Assembly: GCA_051294375.1 (NCBI GenBank)
Contig: CM119271.1
Location: forward strand, 12,207,422-12,271,421
Source of the DNA: Paraspadella gotoi
Taxonomy: Eukaryota > Animalia > Chaetognatha
Length of the DNA: 64,000 nucleotides
Direction: 5' to 3'
Shown here one piece after another: positions 27,640 to 40,197 of the stretch. The first letter of the stretch is position 1. Every line of letters begins with the position of its first letter. Position numbers and translations under genes: made by a program. The notes beneath the pieces are model-generated. The model was given only the letters and a program-made list of their open reading frames with translations, ran no database searches and had not been told where the DNA came from.

Positions 27640-27675
<36 letters not shown>

Positions 27676-28465
27676 NNNNNNNNNNNNNNNNNNNNNNNNN
27701 NNNNNNNNNNNNNNNNNNNNNNNNNNNNNNNNNNNNNNNNNNNNNNNNNNNNNNNNNNNNNNNNNNNNNNNNNNNNNNNNNNNNNNNNNNNNNNNNNNNN
27801 NNNNNNNNNNNNNNNNNNNNNNNNNNNNNNNNNNNNNNNNNNNNNNNNNNNNNNNNNNNNNNNNNNNNNNNNCCCCATCCGCCCCGGCTTCACTTCGACC
27901 TCGCTCTCCTTCTCATTTCCCAAACTTGACTTTTGTTCTTTTTAATTTCTCCCTTCTCCGCTTGGCGCCGCCAGTCGTCAAACCAGATGCAGAATTGCAG
28001 ATGTTGCTCTCAGTATGCTGTTGTTGTTGTTGTTGTTTTTGTTTTTTTGCTTTATATTTTGTTTATATTTGTTATTTTTTTAATTTGTTTTTTAATTTGT
28101 TTTTTATTGTTATTTTTTAAATATATCTGTCCCTTTAATAAATTGATTTAATACAAAAGTCAAACACTTCGAAAAAATAAGCGAACAAATTTATGGTCAG
28201 TTACAGAAAACAGATTCGCCTTGGCACAGTGACACATACTTGACGCACAGTTAAAAGTTGAAAGGCCTTCAGGACGAATAAAATTGCAACTAATTAGTAG
28301 AATTATAATCATTACACGAGGAGAAAATTCTGCTTTAATTTTTCGTTTGTACATTTAGACTATTTTCCATGCTTTCGTTCTCTTTCTCTCTCTTTCTCCC
28401 TCTCTCTCCCTCTCTTTCTCTCTCCCTCCCTCTCTCCCTCNNNNNNNNNNNNNNNNNNNNNNNNN

Positions 28466-28992
28466 ACGTTTGAATGGTCGTGTTTTGAACATTTAAGGAA
28501 CAACGGTTTGAGATGGCTGACGATGCGTAAAATCGCCCAACCGTTTTAATGCGCTTTTAAAAATGTCGTATAGGAATGATGTGAATTGTTGGATAGTAAT
28601 ATGTGATACTGCCCGATGACATCCTAAAGACTTAGGAAAGGAATTACTCTGATAGCCGATCCGGCGCATCGAATTCGTCCATCGTACATTTTATAACCAG
28701 ACTGTATGATTATAGATACGATACAATAATACTATTCTCAGCAGACTAGCCTATTTTTATTTGACGTTCCGCAGGGATGATTGCATGTTCAATGTTCGCA
28801 TTATTAAATGAAAGATACGTTTCTTTCCTTGACTCTTTCTTTCCTTGGCTTTTCCATAGATGACCCTACATCGTTATGGCTGATGGTTACTCTCTTAATG
28901 CCTCTGCTTTTCTGGTTCTTCATCCTTCCGTCTCATCTCTCTCTTTCCTCTACTTTTCTCTCTATCTCTCTCTCTCGTTCTCCCCTCTCTCT

Positions 28993-29026
<34 letters not shown>

Positions 29027-29660
29027 GTTCTCTCCTCTTCTCTCTCGAGTCATCCTCTTCCATCTCCTCCCCCATCCGCCCGGCCTCACTTCGACAATCG
29101 GAGTGTCAATCCACGTGTTCCGCTCTGCCTTCTCATTTCCCTAAACTTGGACTTTGTTCTTTTAATTCCTTCTGCGTCTCCTGCTTTGGCTTCGTCCTGT
29201 CCGCCATAGTCGCGACTGCGCGCGTCACAAAACCAGGATGCAGTAAATGCAGATGTTTCGACTTCTCCAGTTTTTATGCGTGGTGTTTTGTTTTTTTGGT
29301 TATTAATTTGCTCTTCTTTCATATTTTATTCATTATTGTTATTTTTTAATTGGTTTTTTAATTGGTTTTATGATACTGTAATTTTTTAATATAGTCTTCC
29401 CTTTAATAAACTTGATTTTGATACAAAAGTTTCAAACACTGTCTAACAACCTATAAGCAGTGAGACAAATTTTTAGTCGAGTACGGAAAAAACTAATACG
29501 CCTTGCGGCACTATTAGCACCACATACTTGACGACTCAGTTACAAAGGTTATAATGGGCGTTCAGGGACTGCTAAGTAACGTAGACTGAATCTAATTGAG
29601 GAATATATTAATATCGTTACAGCGAGAGAAAAAAGTTCTGCTAATTTTTCGTTTGTACAT
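28466..29660 (+). other. Insertion-rich direct duplicate of about 27330-28380
   Basis: Follows the 25-N gap at 28441-28465; same sequence with dense random insertions typical of uncorrected single-molecule reads. Confidence 0.85.
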
Positions 29661-30870
29661 TTAACTAGTTGCCATGCTTTCGTTTTCGTCTTTCCTCTCC
29701 TTTCCCCTGAGAGAACTGCGATTCTTTCTGTTGCGTCCCTACCTCTGGTTGTTCTGCTCTCCCCTCCCTCTTCTCCTCTCCTTCCCTCTCTCGCCTTCCT
29801 TCTCTCCCTCCCTCCTGCTCCTCCCGTTCCTCTCTCCCCTCCCTCCCTCGATCTCCCACTCACTTCCTCTCCCTCCCTCTCTCCCCTTTCTCTCTCCTCC
29901 CTCTCTCATCGCTCCATCTCCTCCCTCATCTCCCTCCTTACTTCTCCCTTCTCCTCTCACTCCCGTACCCTCTTTCCTCCTCCCTCTCTCCTCCCTCTTT
30001 CCTCTTCCCTCCCTCACTCCCTCCTTCCCTCCTCCCTCCTTCCCCTCCCTCCCTTCTCCCTCTCCTCTCCCTCCCTCCTCCCTCTCTCCCTTCCTCTCTC
30101 CTCCCTCCTTCTCTGCCTCCTCTTCGGACGTGCTCTGGATTTCTTCCCATCAACTTCTCGTTGTCCTTATATAGAATTCTTTACCGCACAGACGAAATCT
30201 CGGATTCCTGAAAATAGATTCGTACGACGAGAGAGGAGATGCGAGGAAAAGAGGAGGAGGGAGGATGAGTTAGAATGGGGACTAGCCGGGAGAGAGAGAG
30301 GAAGGAGGGCGAGGAGAGGTGAGAGAGAGAAGGAGGGGAGAGAAGAAGAGAGAGGAGAAAAATTGGGAAGATGAGAGAAGGGCTGGGAGAAGGGAGAGAT
30401 GGACGGAAAAGATGGGGAAAGAGAGAGGGAGGGAGAGAGAGAGGAAGAGAGGGAGAGAGAGAAAGAGAGAGGGAGGAAAAGAATAAGAGAGGGAAGGAGA
30501 GAGAGAGGAAGGATAAAAGAGGGAGCGAGAGAGGGAGGGAGGAAGGAAGGGAGAGAGGAAGAGAGCGAGGAAAGGAGGAAGAAATGGAAAATAGGAAAAG
30601 ATAGCTTGGGAAGCAGGAATGAAGTATTTTAAAAAGTAGAAGACTGAAATATTTGGTCGGAAGGTATGAAGAAAATACTGAAAGGTGAATTAGGAATGAG
30701 GTAAAGGTGAAACTATTAAAAAAGACCTCAACAACAACGACAACAACAAAAACGACGACGACGATGACGATGACGACGATGACGACGGCGGCGGCGGCGG
30801 CGGAGGAATACCTGGAAGGTCGTAAATTCAAAGTCGATCTCTGGCCGGAGAACGATGGATATCGGACTCT

Positions 30871-30940
<70 letters not shown>

Positions 30941-31030
30941 TTTCCGCTCAAACACCAAAGAAACTTCATCCTCCTTAGACTTCGTCAGTTTGAATGTTTA
31001 ATAAATTTTTCGTTTGTTATTTAAAAAAAA

Positions 31031-31103
31031 AGTTTTGGATTTACTAGTTTTGGATTTACTAGTTTTGGATTTACTAGTTTTGGATTTACTAGTTTTGGAT
31101 TTA
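31031..31103 (+). repeat. 15-bp tandem repeat (AGTTTTGGATTTACT) x5
   Basis: Perfect tandem units read directly. Confidence 0.9.
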
Positions 31104-31784
31104 CATTCAGCTTCGTTTAGAAATACAAACGCTTCTCTATTCTTGGTTTATATTTTCATTTCGTTTGTTTAGTTTTTTTGTGTTTTGTTTTTAACTAATG
31201 AATTGTTTTGTTTATGTATTTATGTATTTAAAACTTTACTGTGGATCGAAGAAACCGATTTGATGCTCTATCTCTATTTATTTCCTTATTTATTTCAAAT
31301 AAAAAAGAGAGAAAGATGGAGAGAAAGAGAGAGAGAGAGAGAGATAGTTTTTCTCTCCAGAGAGATGTCTCTTCTATTGTCAAAATGTTTAACGAAAATT
31401 TTTTTTTTCTTTTCTTTGGGTTTGAAAATTCTGTTTTTAATTCAAAATGTTAAAACGTGTAAAGCTTAATGTTGTTTTAACCGTTTAAAGTCACGAAGGC
31501 TAAATTCCCCCCCCTCTCTCACTCTCTCTCTCTCTCTCTCTCTCTTTCTATTTTTTTTTCTATTTCTCTCTCTATTTCTCGGGATCTAAGGATTAAAAGC
31601 CGAAGTAAAAAAGAAAGAGAGAGAGACACAACCACACAAAAACGAAAGTTTTTTGGGGAATTAAAATAACTTTGCTAAGAAAAAAGAAAAAGCGGCAAAG
31701 AATGATTGAGATGGAAAAATTTGTTATATTAGAAATCATTAATCTACATTCATCTCTCTCCTCTCTCCCCTCTCTCTCTCTTCT

Positions 31785-31840
<56 letters not shown>

Positions 31841-32690
31841 ACTCTCTCTCTTCTCTCTCTTTTTATTCGCAATTTTAATCGAATCAACGAAAAGCTATTT
31901 TTTCTCTTTTTGACCCGAGTTCACACCATGATAGAGTGAAAAAAAAAGTCATTTTTTCTTTTTTTTAAAATTTTCGCCGCCCGCGTTGTTTCATCTCTCT
32001 CCTCTCTTCTCTCTTCTTTCTCTTCTCTCTCTCCTCTATTTCTCTGTCCTCCTAATCGATTCGGCACGAATTAGAGACCACCAAAGTTAGTTTTAAGTTC
32101 CCCAAAAAGACTTTCGTTTTGTGTGGTTGTCTCTTCTCCTCTTTTCTTTTTGATACTTCCGGCTTAATCCTTAGATCCCGAGAAATAGCAGGGAAATAGA
32201 AAAAAAAATAGAAGAGAGAGAGAGACCGATGAGACGACGAAGAGAGAGAGAGAACGAGAGTGAGAGGAGGGAAGAGAGAGAGAGAGAGGAGAAGAGACAG
32301 AGCCGTTCGAGAAGGAGAGGGAGACGCAGAGAGAGAGGGGAGGGGAATTTAGCCTTCGGACGTTTATAACGGTTTAACAACATTAAGCTTTAACACGTTT
32401 TAACATTTTGAAATAAAACAGAATTTTCAAACCCAAGTAAAAGAAAAAATCTCCTCTCTTTNNNNNNNNNNNNNNNNNNNNNNNNNTTTTTTTTTCTTAA
32501 TCGAAAGATTTTATTTTTTCAACAAGAAATCAACTCAGTTTTTTTTCTGTTTTCGACTGAACTTACATCTGTTTTATTTCAAACCAGTTGTTCTTCTGTT
32601 TCGTCCCTAAAAAAAAACAAACAAAAGGAACACACACGGCCAAAACATCGGCGTTTTGTTTTTTGTTTTCGAAATCTTTTTTTTCTTCTA

Positions 32691-33116
32691 ATGTGGATCG
32701 ATTCGACCGACGAATTAACCGACGAAGTGACCGACAAATTTCCACCACCACTCCAGCACAACGATCGACCACTCCAGCACAACGATCGACCACTCCAGCA
32801 CAACGACCTACCACTCCCCCACAACGATCGACCACTCCGTCCTCAACGCTACGTAAATCGCTCCTACGAACTCGCCGTCCCGCTCCACCCCACCGGCTCC
32901 CTTAATAATGACGCGCCGGCGACGCCGCCTTCTCCCGGCGTGAATCCATCCGGCGCCCTCGAATCTGCCGACGCCATGCCGCGCCGCCACGCCGATCCGA
33001 ACGGCGCCATGCCATGCCATGCCGACACGAACGGCGCAGCTTCGAGCATCAGCGCTAACGATGTCTTCTTCATTGCTGGTTCGTTGGTGGGCATCGATAT
33101 GAGGTTAGGGATTTAG
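32691..33116 (+). CDS. Possible coding segment, Pro-rich, unknown product
   Basis: 141-codon open frame in a GC-rich island with many C-ending codons; its 3' part has a synonymously diverged duplicate at 33687-33750. No convincing splice sites and no recognised domain. Confidence 0.3.
   Translation: MWIDSTDELTDEVTDKFPPPLQHNDRPLQHNDRPLQHNDLPLPHNDRPLRPQRYVNRSYELAVPLHPTGSLNNDAPATPPSPGVNPSGALESADAMPRRHADPNGAMPCHADTNGAASSISANDVFFIAGSLVGIDMRLGI
32747..32838 (+). repeat. 21-bp tandem repeat (CCACTCCAGCACAACGATCGA) x4
   Basis: Read directly; in frame within ORF 32691-33116 (PLQHNDR repeats). Confidence 0.85.
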
Positions 33117-33971
33117 GATAGGGATTTAGGATAGAGATTTAGGTTAGGGATTTAGGATAGAGATTTAGGATTGGGATTAGGATAGAGATTTAGGTTAGGG
33201 ATTTAGGATAGGGATTTAGAATAGAGATTAGGATAGAGATTTAGGTTAGGGATTTAGGTTAGGGATTTAGGTTAGGGATTTAGATTAGGGATTTAGGTTA
33301 GAGATTAGGATAGATATTTAGGTTAGGGATTTAGGATAGAGATTAGGATAGAGATTTAGGTTAGGGATTTAGGATAGGGATTTAGAATAGGGATTAGGAT
33401 AGAGATTAGGATAGAGATTAAGGTTAGGGATTTAGGTTAGAGATTTTGGTTAGGGATTTAGGTTAGAGATTTTGGTTAGGGATTTAGGTTAGGGATTTGG
33501 TTAGAGATTTGGGTTAGGGATGTAGGTTAAGAATTTGGTTATGGATTTGGCTCGGTATTTAGGTTAGAGATTTTGGTTAGGGATTTAGGTTTAGGTTTAG
33601 GGATAAATGTTAGGGATAAAGGTTAGGGATTAGGTTAGAAATTAGGTTAGAGATTTAGATTAGGGATTTATGTTAGAGATTAGGTTAGCTTTAAGCATCA
33701 GTGCCAACGCCAACTTCATCGCGGGTTCGTTAGTGGGTATCGATATAAGGATAGAGATTAGGATAGGGATTAGGATAGAGATTTAGGTTAGCATTTTAGG
33801 TTATGGATTTGGGTTAGGGATTAGGATAGAGATTTAGGGTTAGGAATTTTGGTTAGGGATTAGGATAGAGATTTAGGTTAGGGATTCGGTTAGGGATTTG
33901 GTTAAGGTTTTGGGTTAGGGATTTAGGTTAGGGATTTGGTTAGGGATTTTGGTTAGAGATTTTGGTTAGAG
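33103..33971 (+). repeat. Degenerate telomere-like satellite, 12-13 bp unit (GGTTAGGGATTTA / GGATAGAGATTTA); mirrored at 37381-38228
   Basis: Dozens of TTAGGG/TTAGAG/ATAGGG-containing units read directly; interrupted once at 33687-33750. Confidence 0.9.
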
Positions 33972-34174
33972 CCACCGGGTCACAAAGAGAGAGAGAGAAG
34001 AGAGAGAGAGATGAGAGGAGAGGAGAGAAGAGAGAGAGAGAGAGAGACGACGACGTGCTCCGGCGCAAAGAAGAATTAACGTGGCAAGTCTGAAAACGTA
34101 AAACGTTTTACGGCCAATCACGAGGGAAGCAACGAGGCAACCGGCAGGGTAAGAGAGAAGAGAGAGAGAGAGAG

Positions 34175-34243
<69 letters not shown>

Positions 34244-34760
34244 CTGGGCAGGCGAATTGAAACGCGGCCTTGGTCTTCCCAGTTCAAACGGACACTTCCC
34301 TCCCTCCCTCCTCTTTCCCTCTCTCCTCTTCTCTCCCTCCCTCTCTCCCTCTCTCCTCCCTCACTTCCTCACTCCCTCCTCTCTCCTCTCTCCCTCCTCC
34401 CTCCCTCTCTCACTCCTTCTTCCCTCCCCTAATTCTTCTCACCTTGAGCAAATATTCGGTTGTTTATTTTTCCGTCTCCTAGCAACGCGTCTCGTCCGAA
34501 CGCCGTGATGACCTCGCTCCTCGGACGCGCCGCGGCCTCGGCGAGCGGCGCGCCTTCATCGCGCCCGCAAAATCACTTCGCGGTCCTCGGCGGCGCTGGG
34601 CGTCGGGGAGCGTCGACGCCGCAAGCCGATGACGCCGCTTTGGATTTTCGGCGAGAATTTCCGGAATTTCGATTCCACCTGCGGATATTATTTTTATTAT
34701 CAGATTATTATATTATATATGACAATATATATTATTATATTTTTATATTTTAAGTATTTA

Positions 34761-34820
34761 CTAAGTATTGAAGTCGGGCAATGCAGCGAATTCACCCCGC
34801 ATGACACCTTCAGTTGTGAC
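34761..34820 (+). mobile_element. 5' fragment of the SINE, interrupted by the hAT-like element; resumes at 37362-37380
   Basis: GGGCAATGCAGCGAATTCACCCCGCATGACACCTTCAGTTGTGAC matches the SINE 5' extension; after the insertion GTTGTGACCGGCGTGGCTC continues the SINE head. Confidence 0.7.
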
Positions 34821-35113
34821 CAGAGATGTGGAAGCGATCGATTTTTCCGCCGCTGCCAATCCGGCGCTTCCAAGACCGCTCCCGCTCCCGTTTTCGGGTG
34901 CAATCCTTACTTTTTTAGCCCGGATCGCTTTCGGTTTCGAGTGCACATCGCTCCTTCTTTTAGAAATTTTATATTTGTTATTATTTATAAAATACTCTTT
35001 TTAGACATGTAATTCATTGGTAGAATAATTTTAAACAATCTTTTTTGTTAATAAATAACAAGTGAAATTTTTACTTATGAAAAATTGTAAGATTTGTAAG
35101 ATTGTAATAATCG

Positions 35114-36592
35114 TTCGAGTGGAAATGAGTTTAAATGAAAAAAAACAACAAACCTTTTTCCCTATTTGCGCTTTTTCTTTTATTAAATATAAATACAAGC
35201 TGCATTAATTATTCAATTGATCAATTAATTAATCAATCAATCAATCAACTAATCAATCAAAATCACTTAAAAATTAATGAATCAATTTTTATCAATCAAT
35301 AAAATTAAATAATCAATTAATTTATCATCAACTAATTAATAAATTTATTTATCAATAAATTATTAAAAGAACTAATTAATTAATTAATTAATCAATCAAT
35401 TAATCAATCAATTAAACAATGTCAGATGTTATCATTATCATCCCAACGTCGTTGTTGCTTTTGTCCTGGTCAGTGACCTGACAAAAGACCTAAAAATTAA
35501 CAGGCCTGATATGAATTTATTTTATTTGATCAATCAATCATTCAATTAATCATGATGGTGCTATCCTCGTTGTCATCATAATCATCATCAGGGTCGTCAT
35601 TTCTTTTGTCATAATGAAAAGATAAAAACAAACAAGTTTGAGCTAACAATGCCAGAACTGATCAATTAATAATTATTCAATCAATTAATCAAATATTCAA
35701 TCAATCAATCAAAAAATTAAGCAATCAATCAATTTGTCATCGTCGGTATTTCATTGTCGTTGGTGCCATCATTAATTATTTAATTAATTAAACTCCTTTA
35801 TCTTTGTTGTACATTGAAAACTGTATTTATCATTTATTTATCCTTGTTGTTTTGTTTCTCTCTCACTCTCTCTCTCTCTTTAACAAGTTTCACTTCTTTT
35901 CACAACTCACTCAATCTGGCCTACCTTCAACCTGTTCACATTCTGACCACATTCTGTCTCACCACTTTGTTGGAAAACTTTTACCTTTTCTCTTTCTTTC
36001 TCTCTCTCTCTCTCTCTCACACTCTTCTTTTACACAAAATTTATTATTGAATGTCATATGCTGATGAAGGCTTGAAGTAAACAAGCCGAAACATGTCCAA
36101 CTATTAATTAAAAATCGTTGTTACAAATTCAAAATTCTTTGCTTTCTTAAATTAATTAATTGAAATATTTTATAATGTTGCGGTGACTCAAAACAAAATT
36201 TATAGAAAAATTTGAGGCGTGTTTTTTGTGATAAAGAAAACTGGTATTATCAAACAGTAAAAAAGTAAAAATGATAAAAATATAACAACAACAACTAGTA
36301 TTTACTTGGCTGAGAAAAGGTCAGCATAACAAGATTGGGTAAAAACAGGTCATTCTTATTGACCACTACTGTACTACGGCTCACAAAGTACAAAGACTTC
36401 ATTCGTCGTTTTCGTCATTGTATTCATCGTCGTTGTCGTCTTTGTTCAAATCATTTGAGCTCCCAAATGTTCGATGTTATTATTTTAATTAATTATATGT
36501 AATTAATTAAATAATTTATTTTTTTCAATTAATTAATCAATTAATTACCGCTAATGATGCGTGGGCAGATCCGGCATTGTTTGCTCAAACTT
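35114..36592 (-). mobile_element. Partial relative of the HINE-like element nested in the hAT-like element
   Basis: 36565-36592 is the reverse complement of the 23230-23257 terminus (AAGTTTGAGCAAACAATGYCGGATCTG); 35114-35160 matches 23635-23678 in reverse; another terminus-like copy at 35632-35660. Confidence 0.55.
36046..36108 (+). ncRNA. Minimal type I hammerhead ribozyme, family B
   Basis: TG-CTGATGA(36061-36067)-A-GGCTTG-AAGTAAA-CAAGCC-GAAA-CATG-TC-CA: intact core, 6-bp stem II, ACATGT palindrome, 2-bp proximal stem I with weaker distal pairing. Confidence 0.8.
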
Positions 36593-38937
36593 TTTTATTA
36601 ATAATTTTGATTTATTTATTTTATATATTTTTTTATTTGCTTTTTGTTCAGTGCAGAGGGGAAAAAAAAGAGATAGAGAGAGAGTGTTGTGTTAGAGATT
36701 TAAAGTATGTATAAGCATAATATTATGCAATATTGCCAATAAAACAGATCAATCCTTTTGGTTTAAAACTTGTTTGTAACATGAAAAATGTTATGGATTT
36801 AAAAAAAAAGAGACTTAAAATTTAAAGAAAATAATAAAATATAAAAAAATTTTTATTAAGATTAAAAAAGTTAATTTAAATTTTAATTTAAGTTAATTAC
36901 AGTTTTTTTCAGATAGAAAAAAATCTTTTTTAGCTCAGATTTTATTGAATATATTAAAAAGAATAATTAAAAAAATAAATATGTAATTTTTTTTTCATAG
37001 ATTCTCGACCAAAGAGGAAAAGAGAATAAAGAGAACAAAAAAATAAAAGAAAGAGAATAAGAAAAAGTTGAATAAAAAAATTAGGAGCAAACAATTTTAA
37101 ATGTTGAAATAAATATTGAAAACAAATTTTTAAAAGAAAAAATCAAGAAAGAGCAGGGGGTTGCAAAAAAGATTTTAATAACATTAAATACTCTTTCATT
37201 TCTAACCAATAAAAACAAATGACCAGGAAGCGAACACGCAGGGTTATTATAGCTTCGGTAATCCTTTATTCTCAATTTCTATCGCTCCGGTTTCGGGTTC
37301 TCAAAAATCGGCCGCTTCCACAGTGTTCGGTTTCGCTTTCCGGATCGCGTTCACATCTCTGGTTGTGACCGGCGTGGCTCTAACCAAAAATGCTCTAACC
37401 AAAATCCCTAACCAATCCCTAACCTAAAATCCCTAACCCAAAACCTTAACCAAATCCCTAACCGAATCCCTAACCTAAATCTCTATCCTAATCCTAACCA
37501 AAATTCCTAACCCTAAATCTCTATCCTAATCCCTAACCCAAATCCATAACCTAAAATGCTAACCTAAATCTCTATCCTAATCCCTATCCTAATCTCTATC
37601 CTTATATCGATACCCACTAACGAACCCGCGATGAAGTTGGCGTTGGCACTGATGCTTAAAGCTAACCTAATCTCTAACATAAATCCCTAATCTAAATCTC
37701 TACCTAATTTCTGAACCTATCCTAACTTTATCCCTAACATTTTCCCTAAACCTAACCTAAATCCTAACCAAAATCTCTAACTAAATACGAGCCAAATCCC
37801 ATAACCAATTCTTAACCTACATCCTAACCCAAATCTCTAACCAAATCCCTAACCTAACCTAACCAAATTCTCTAGACCAATCCCTAACCAAATCTCTAAC
37901 CTAAAATCCCTAACCTTAATCTCTATCCTAAATCTCTATCCTAATCCTATTCTAAATCCCTATCCTAAATCCCTAACCTAAATCTCTATCCTAATCTCTA
38001 TCCTAAATCCCTAACCTAAAATCTATCCTAATCTTAACCTAAATCCTAATCTAATCCCTAACCTAAATCCCTAACCTAAATCCCTAACCTAAATCTCTAT
38101 CCTAATCTCTATTCTAAATCCTATCTAAATCCCTAACCTAAATCTCTATCCTAATCCAATCCTAAATCTCTATCCTAAAATCCCTAACCTAATCTCTATC
38201 CTAAATCCCTATCCTAAATCCCTAACCTCATATCGATGCCCACCCAACGAACCAGCAATGAAGAAGACATCGTTAGCGCTGATGCTCGAAGCTGCGCCGT
38301 TCGTGTCGCATGGCATGGCATGGCGCCGTTCGGATCGGCGTGGGCGGCGCGCATGGCGTCGCAGATTCGAGGGCGCCGGATGGATTCACGCGGGAGAAGG
38401 CGGCGTCGCCGGCGCGTCATTATTAAGGGAGCGCGTGGGGTGGAGGGGACGGTGCGAGTTTGTAAGGAGGCGATTTACGTAGCGTTGAGGACGGAGTGGT
38501 CGATCGTTGTGGGGGGTTAGGTGCGTTGTGGCTGGAGTGGTCGATCGTTGTGCTGGATGTGGTCGATCGTTGTGCTTGGAGTGGTGGTGGAATTTGTCGG
38601 TCACTTCGTCGGTTAATTCGTCGGTCGAATCGATCCACATTAGAAAGAAAAAAAAGATTTCGAAAACAAAAAACAAAACGCCGATGTTTTGGCCGTGTGT
38701 GTTCCTTTTGTTTGTTTTTTTTTAGGGACGAAACAGAAGAACAACTGGTTGAAATAAAACAGATGTAAGTTCAGTCGAAAAAACGAAGAAAAAACTGAGT
38801 TGATTTCTTGTTGAAAAAATAAAATCTTTCGATTAAGAAAAAAAAAAAGCGAAAGAATGATGAGATGAAAAATTTTTATATAGAAATCTTAATCAGAATC
38901 ATCTTCTCTCTCTCTCTCTCTCCCTCTCTCTCTCTTT

Positions 38938-38994
<57 letters not shown>

Positions 38995-39408
38995 CTCTTC
39001 TCTCTCTCTCTTTTATCGAATTTTAATCGAATCAACGAAAAGTATTTTTTCCTCTTTTGACCGAAGTTCAACTAGATAGAGAAAAAATCATTTTCTTTTT
39101 TTTAAATTTCGCGCGCGTTTCAATCTCTCTCTCTTTCTCTCCTCTCTCTTCTCTCTCTCGTCTCTTCTCTCTCTCTCTCTCTCTCCCCTCTCATCTCTCC
39201 CCTCTCTCGTCTCTCTCTCTCTCATCTATTTCTCTGTGCTCATCGATCGGAGCGAAATTAGAGACGCCAAAGTTATTTTATTCCCCCAAAAAACTTTTCG
39301 TTTTTGTGTGGTTGTAGTCTCTCTCTCTTTCTTTTTTAACTTCGGCTTTTAATCGCTTAGATCCCGAGAAATAGAGAGAGAAATAATAAAGAGAAGAGAG
39401 ACATAGAA

Positions 39409-39486
<78 letters not shown>

Positions 39487-40165
39487 AATTTAGCCCTTCG
39501 TGACTTTCAACGGTATTAAAACAACATTAAGCTTTACACGTTTTTAACATTTTGAATAAAACAGAATTTTTCAAACCCAAAAAAGAAAAAAAATATGTTA
39601 ATCTTCTCCAACAATAAAAAATAATCCAATTATTATTGAAAAACATTAAAAGACAATGAAGGTAGGCAAGTAAAGAGAGCTGAGAGCTCTGGAGAGAAAA
39701 AACTATCTCTCTCTCATCTCTCTCTTTCTCTCCATCTTTCTTCTTTTTATTTGAAATATAAGGAAATAAATAGAGATAGAGCATCAAATCGGTTTCCTTC
39801 GATCCACAGTAAGTTTTATATCAAAATTAATAAACAAAACAAATTCATTAGTTAAAAACAAAACACAAAAAACTAAACAAAACGAAATGAAAATATAAAC
39901 AAGAATAGAGAAGCGTTGTATTTCTAAAACGAAGCTGAATGTAATTCCAAAACTAGTAAATCCTAAAACTAGTAATCCCAAAAGCTAGTATCCAAAACCT
40001 AGTAAATCCAAAACTTTTTTTTTTTAAATAACAAACTGAACAATTTTATTAAAACATTCAAACTGACGAAGTCTAAAGGAGGATGAAGTTTCTTTGGTGT
40101 TTGAGCGGGAAAAAACAGAGAGAGAGAGAGAAAGAGAGAGAGAGAAGAGAGAGAGAGGAGGAGAG

Positions 40166-40197
<32 letters not shown>

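Larger units (their letters stand above)
34821..37361. mobile_element. Non-autonomous hAT-like DNA transposon, 2541 bp
   Basis: TIRs CAGAGATGTG (34821-34830)/CACATCTCTG (37352-37361), extending imperfectly to about 19 bp; exact 8-bp TSD GTTGTGAC at 34813-34820 and 37362-37369; subterminal CGCTTCC/CGCTCC/TTCGGTTTCG motifs at both ends; no transposase ORF. Confidence 0.85.

Noticed and set aside
30939-31010. KHQRNFILLRLRQFE resembles the MCF2L spectrin motif KHQQKLEQCLQLRHFE
   Set aside because: Spacing is off by one residue, there is no suitable acceptor/donor pair and the intervening exons are not found; probably chance.
33103-33971. True telomere
   Set aside because: Degenerate 12-13 bp units, internal position, unique sequence on both sides.
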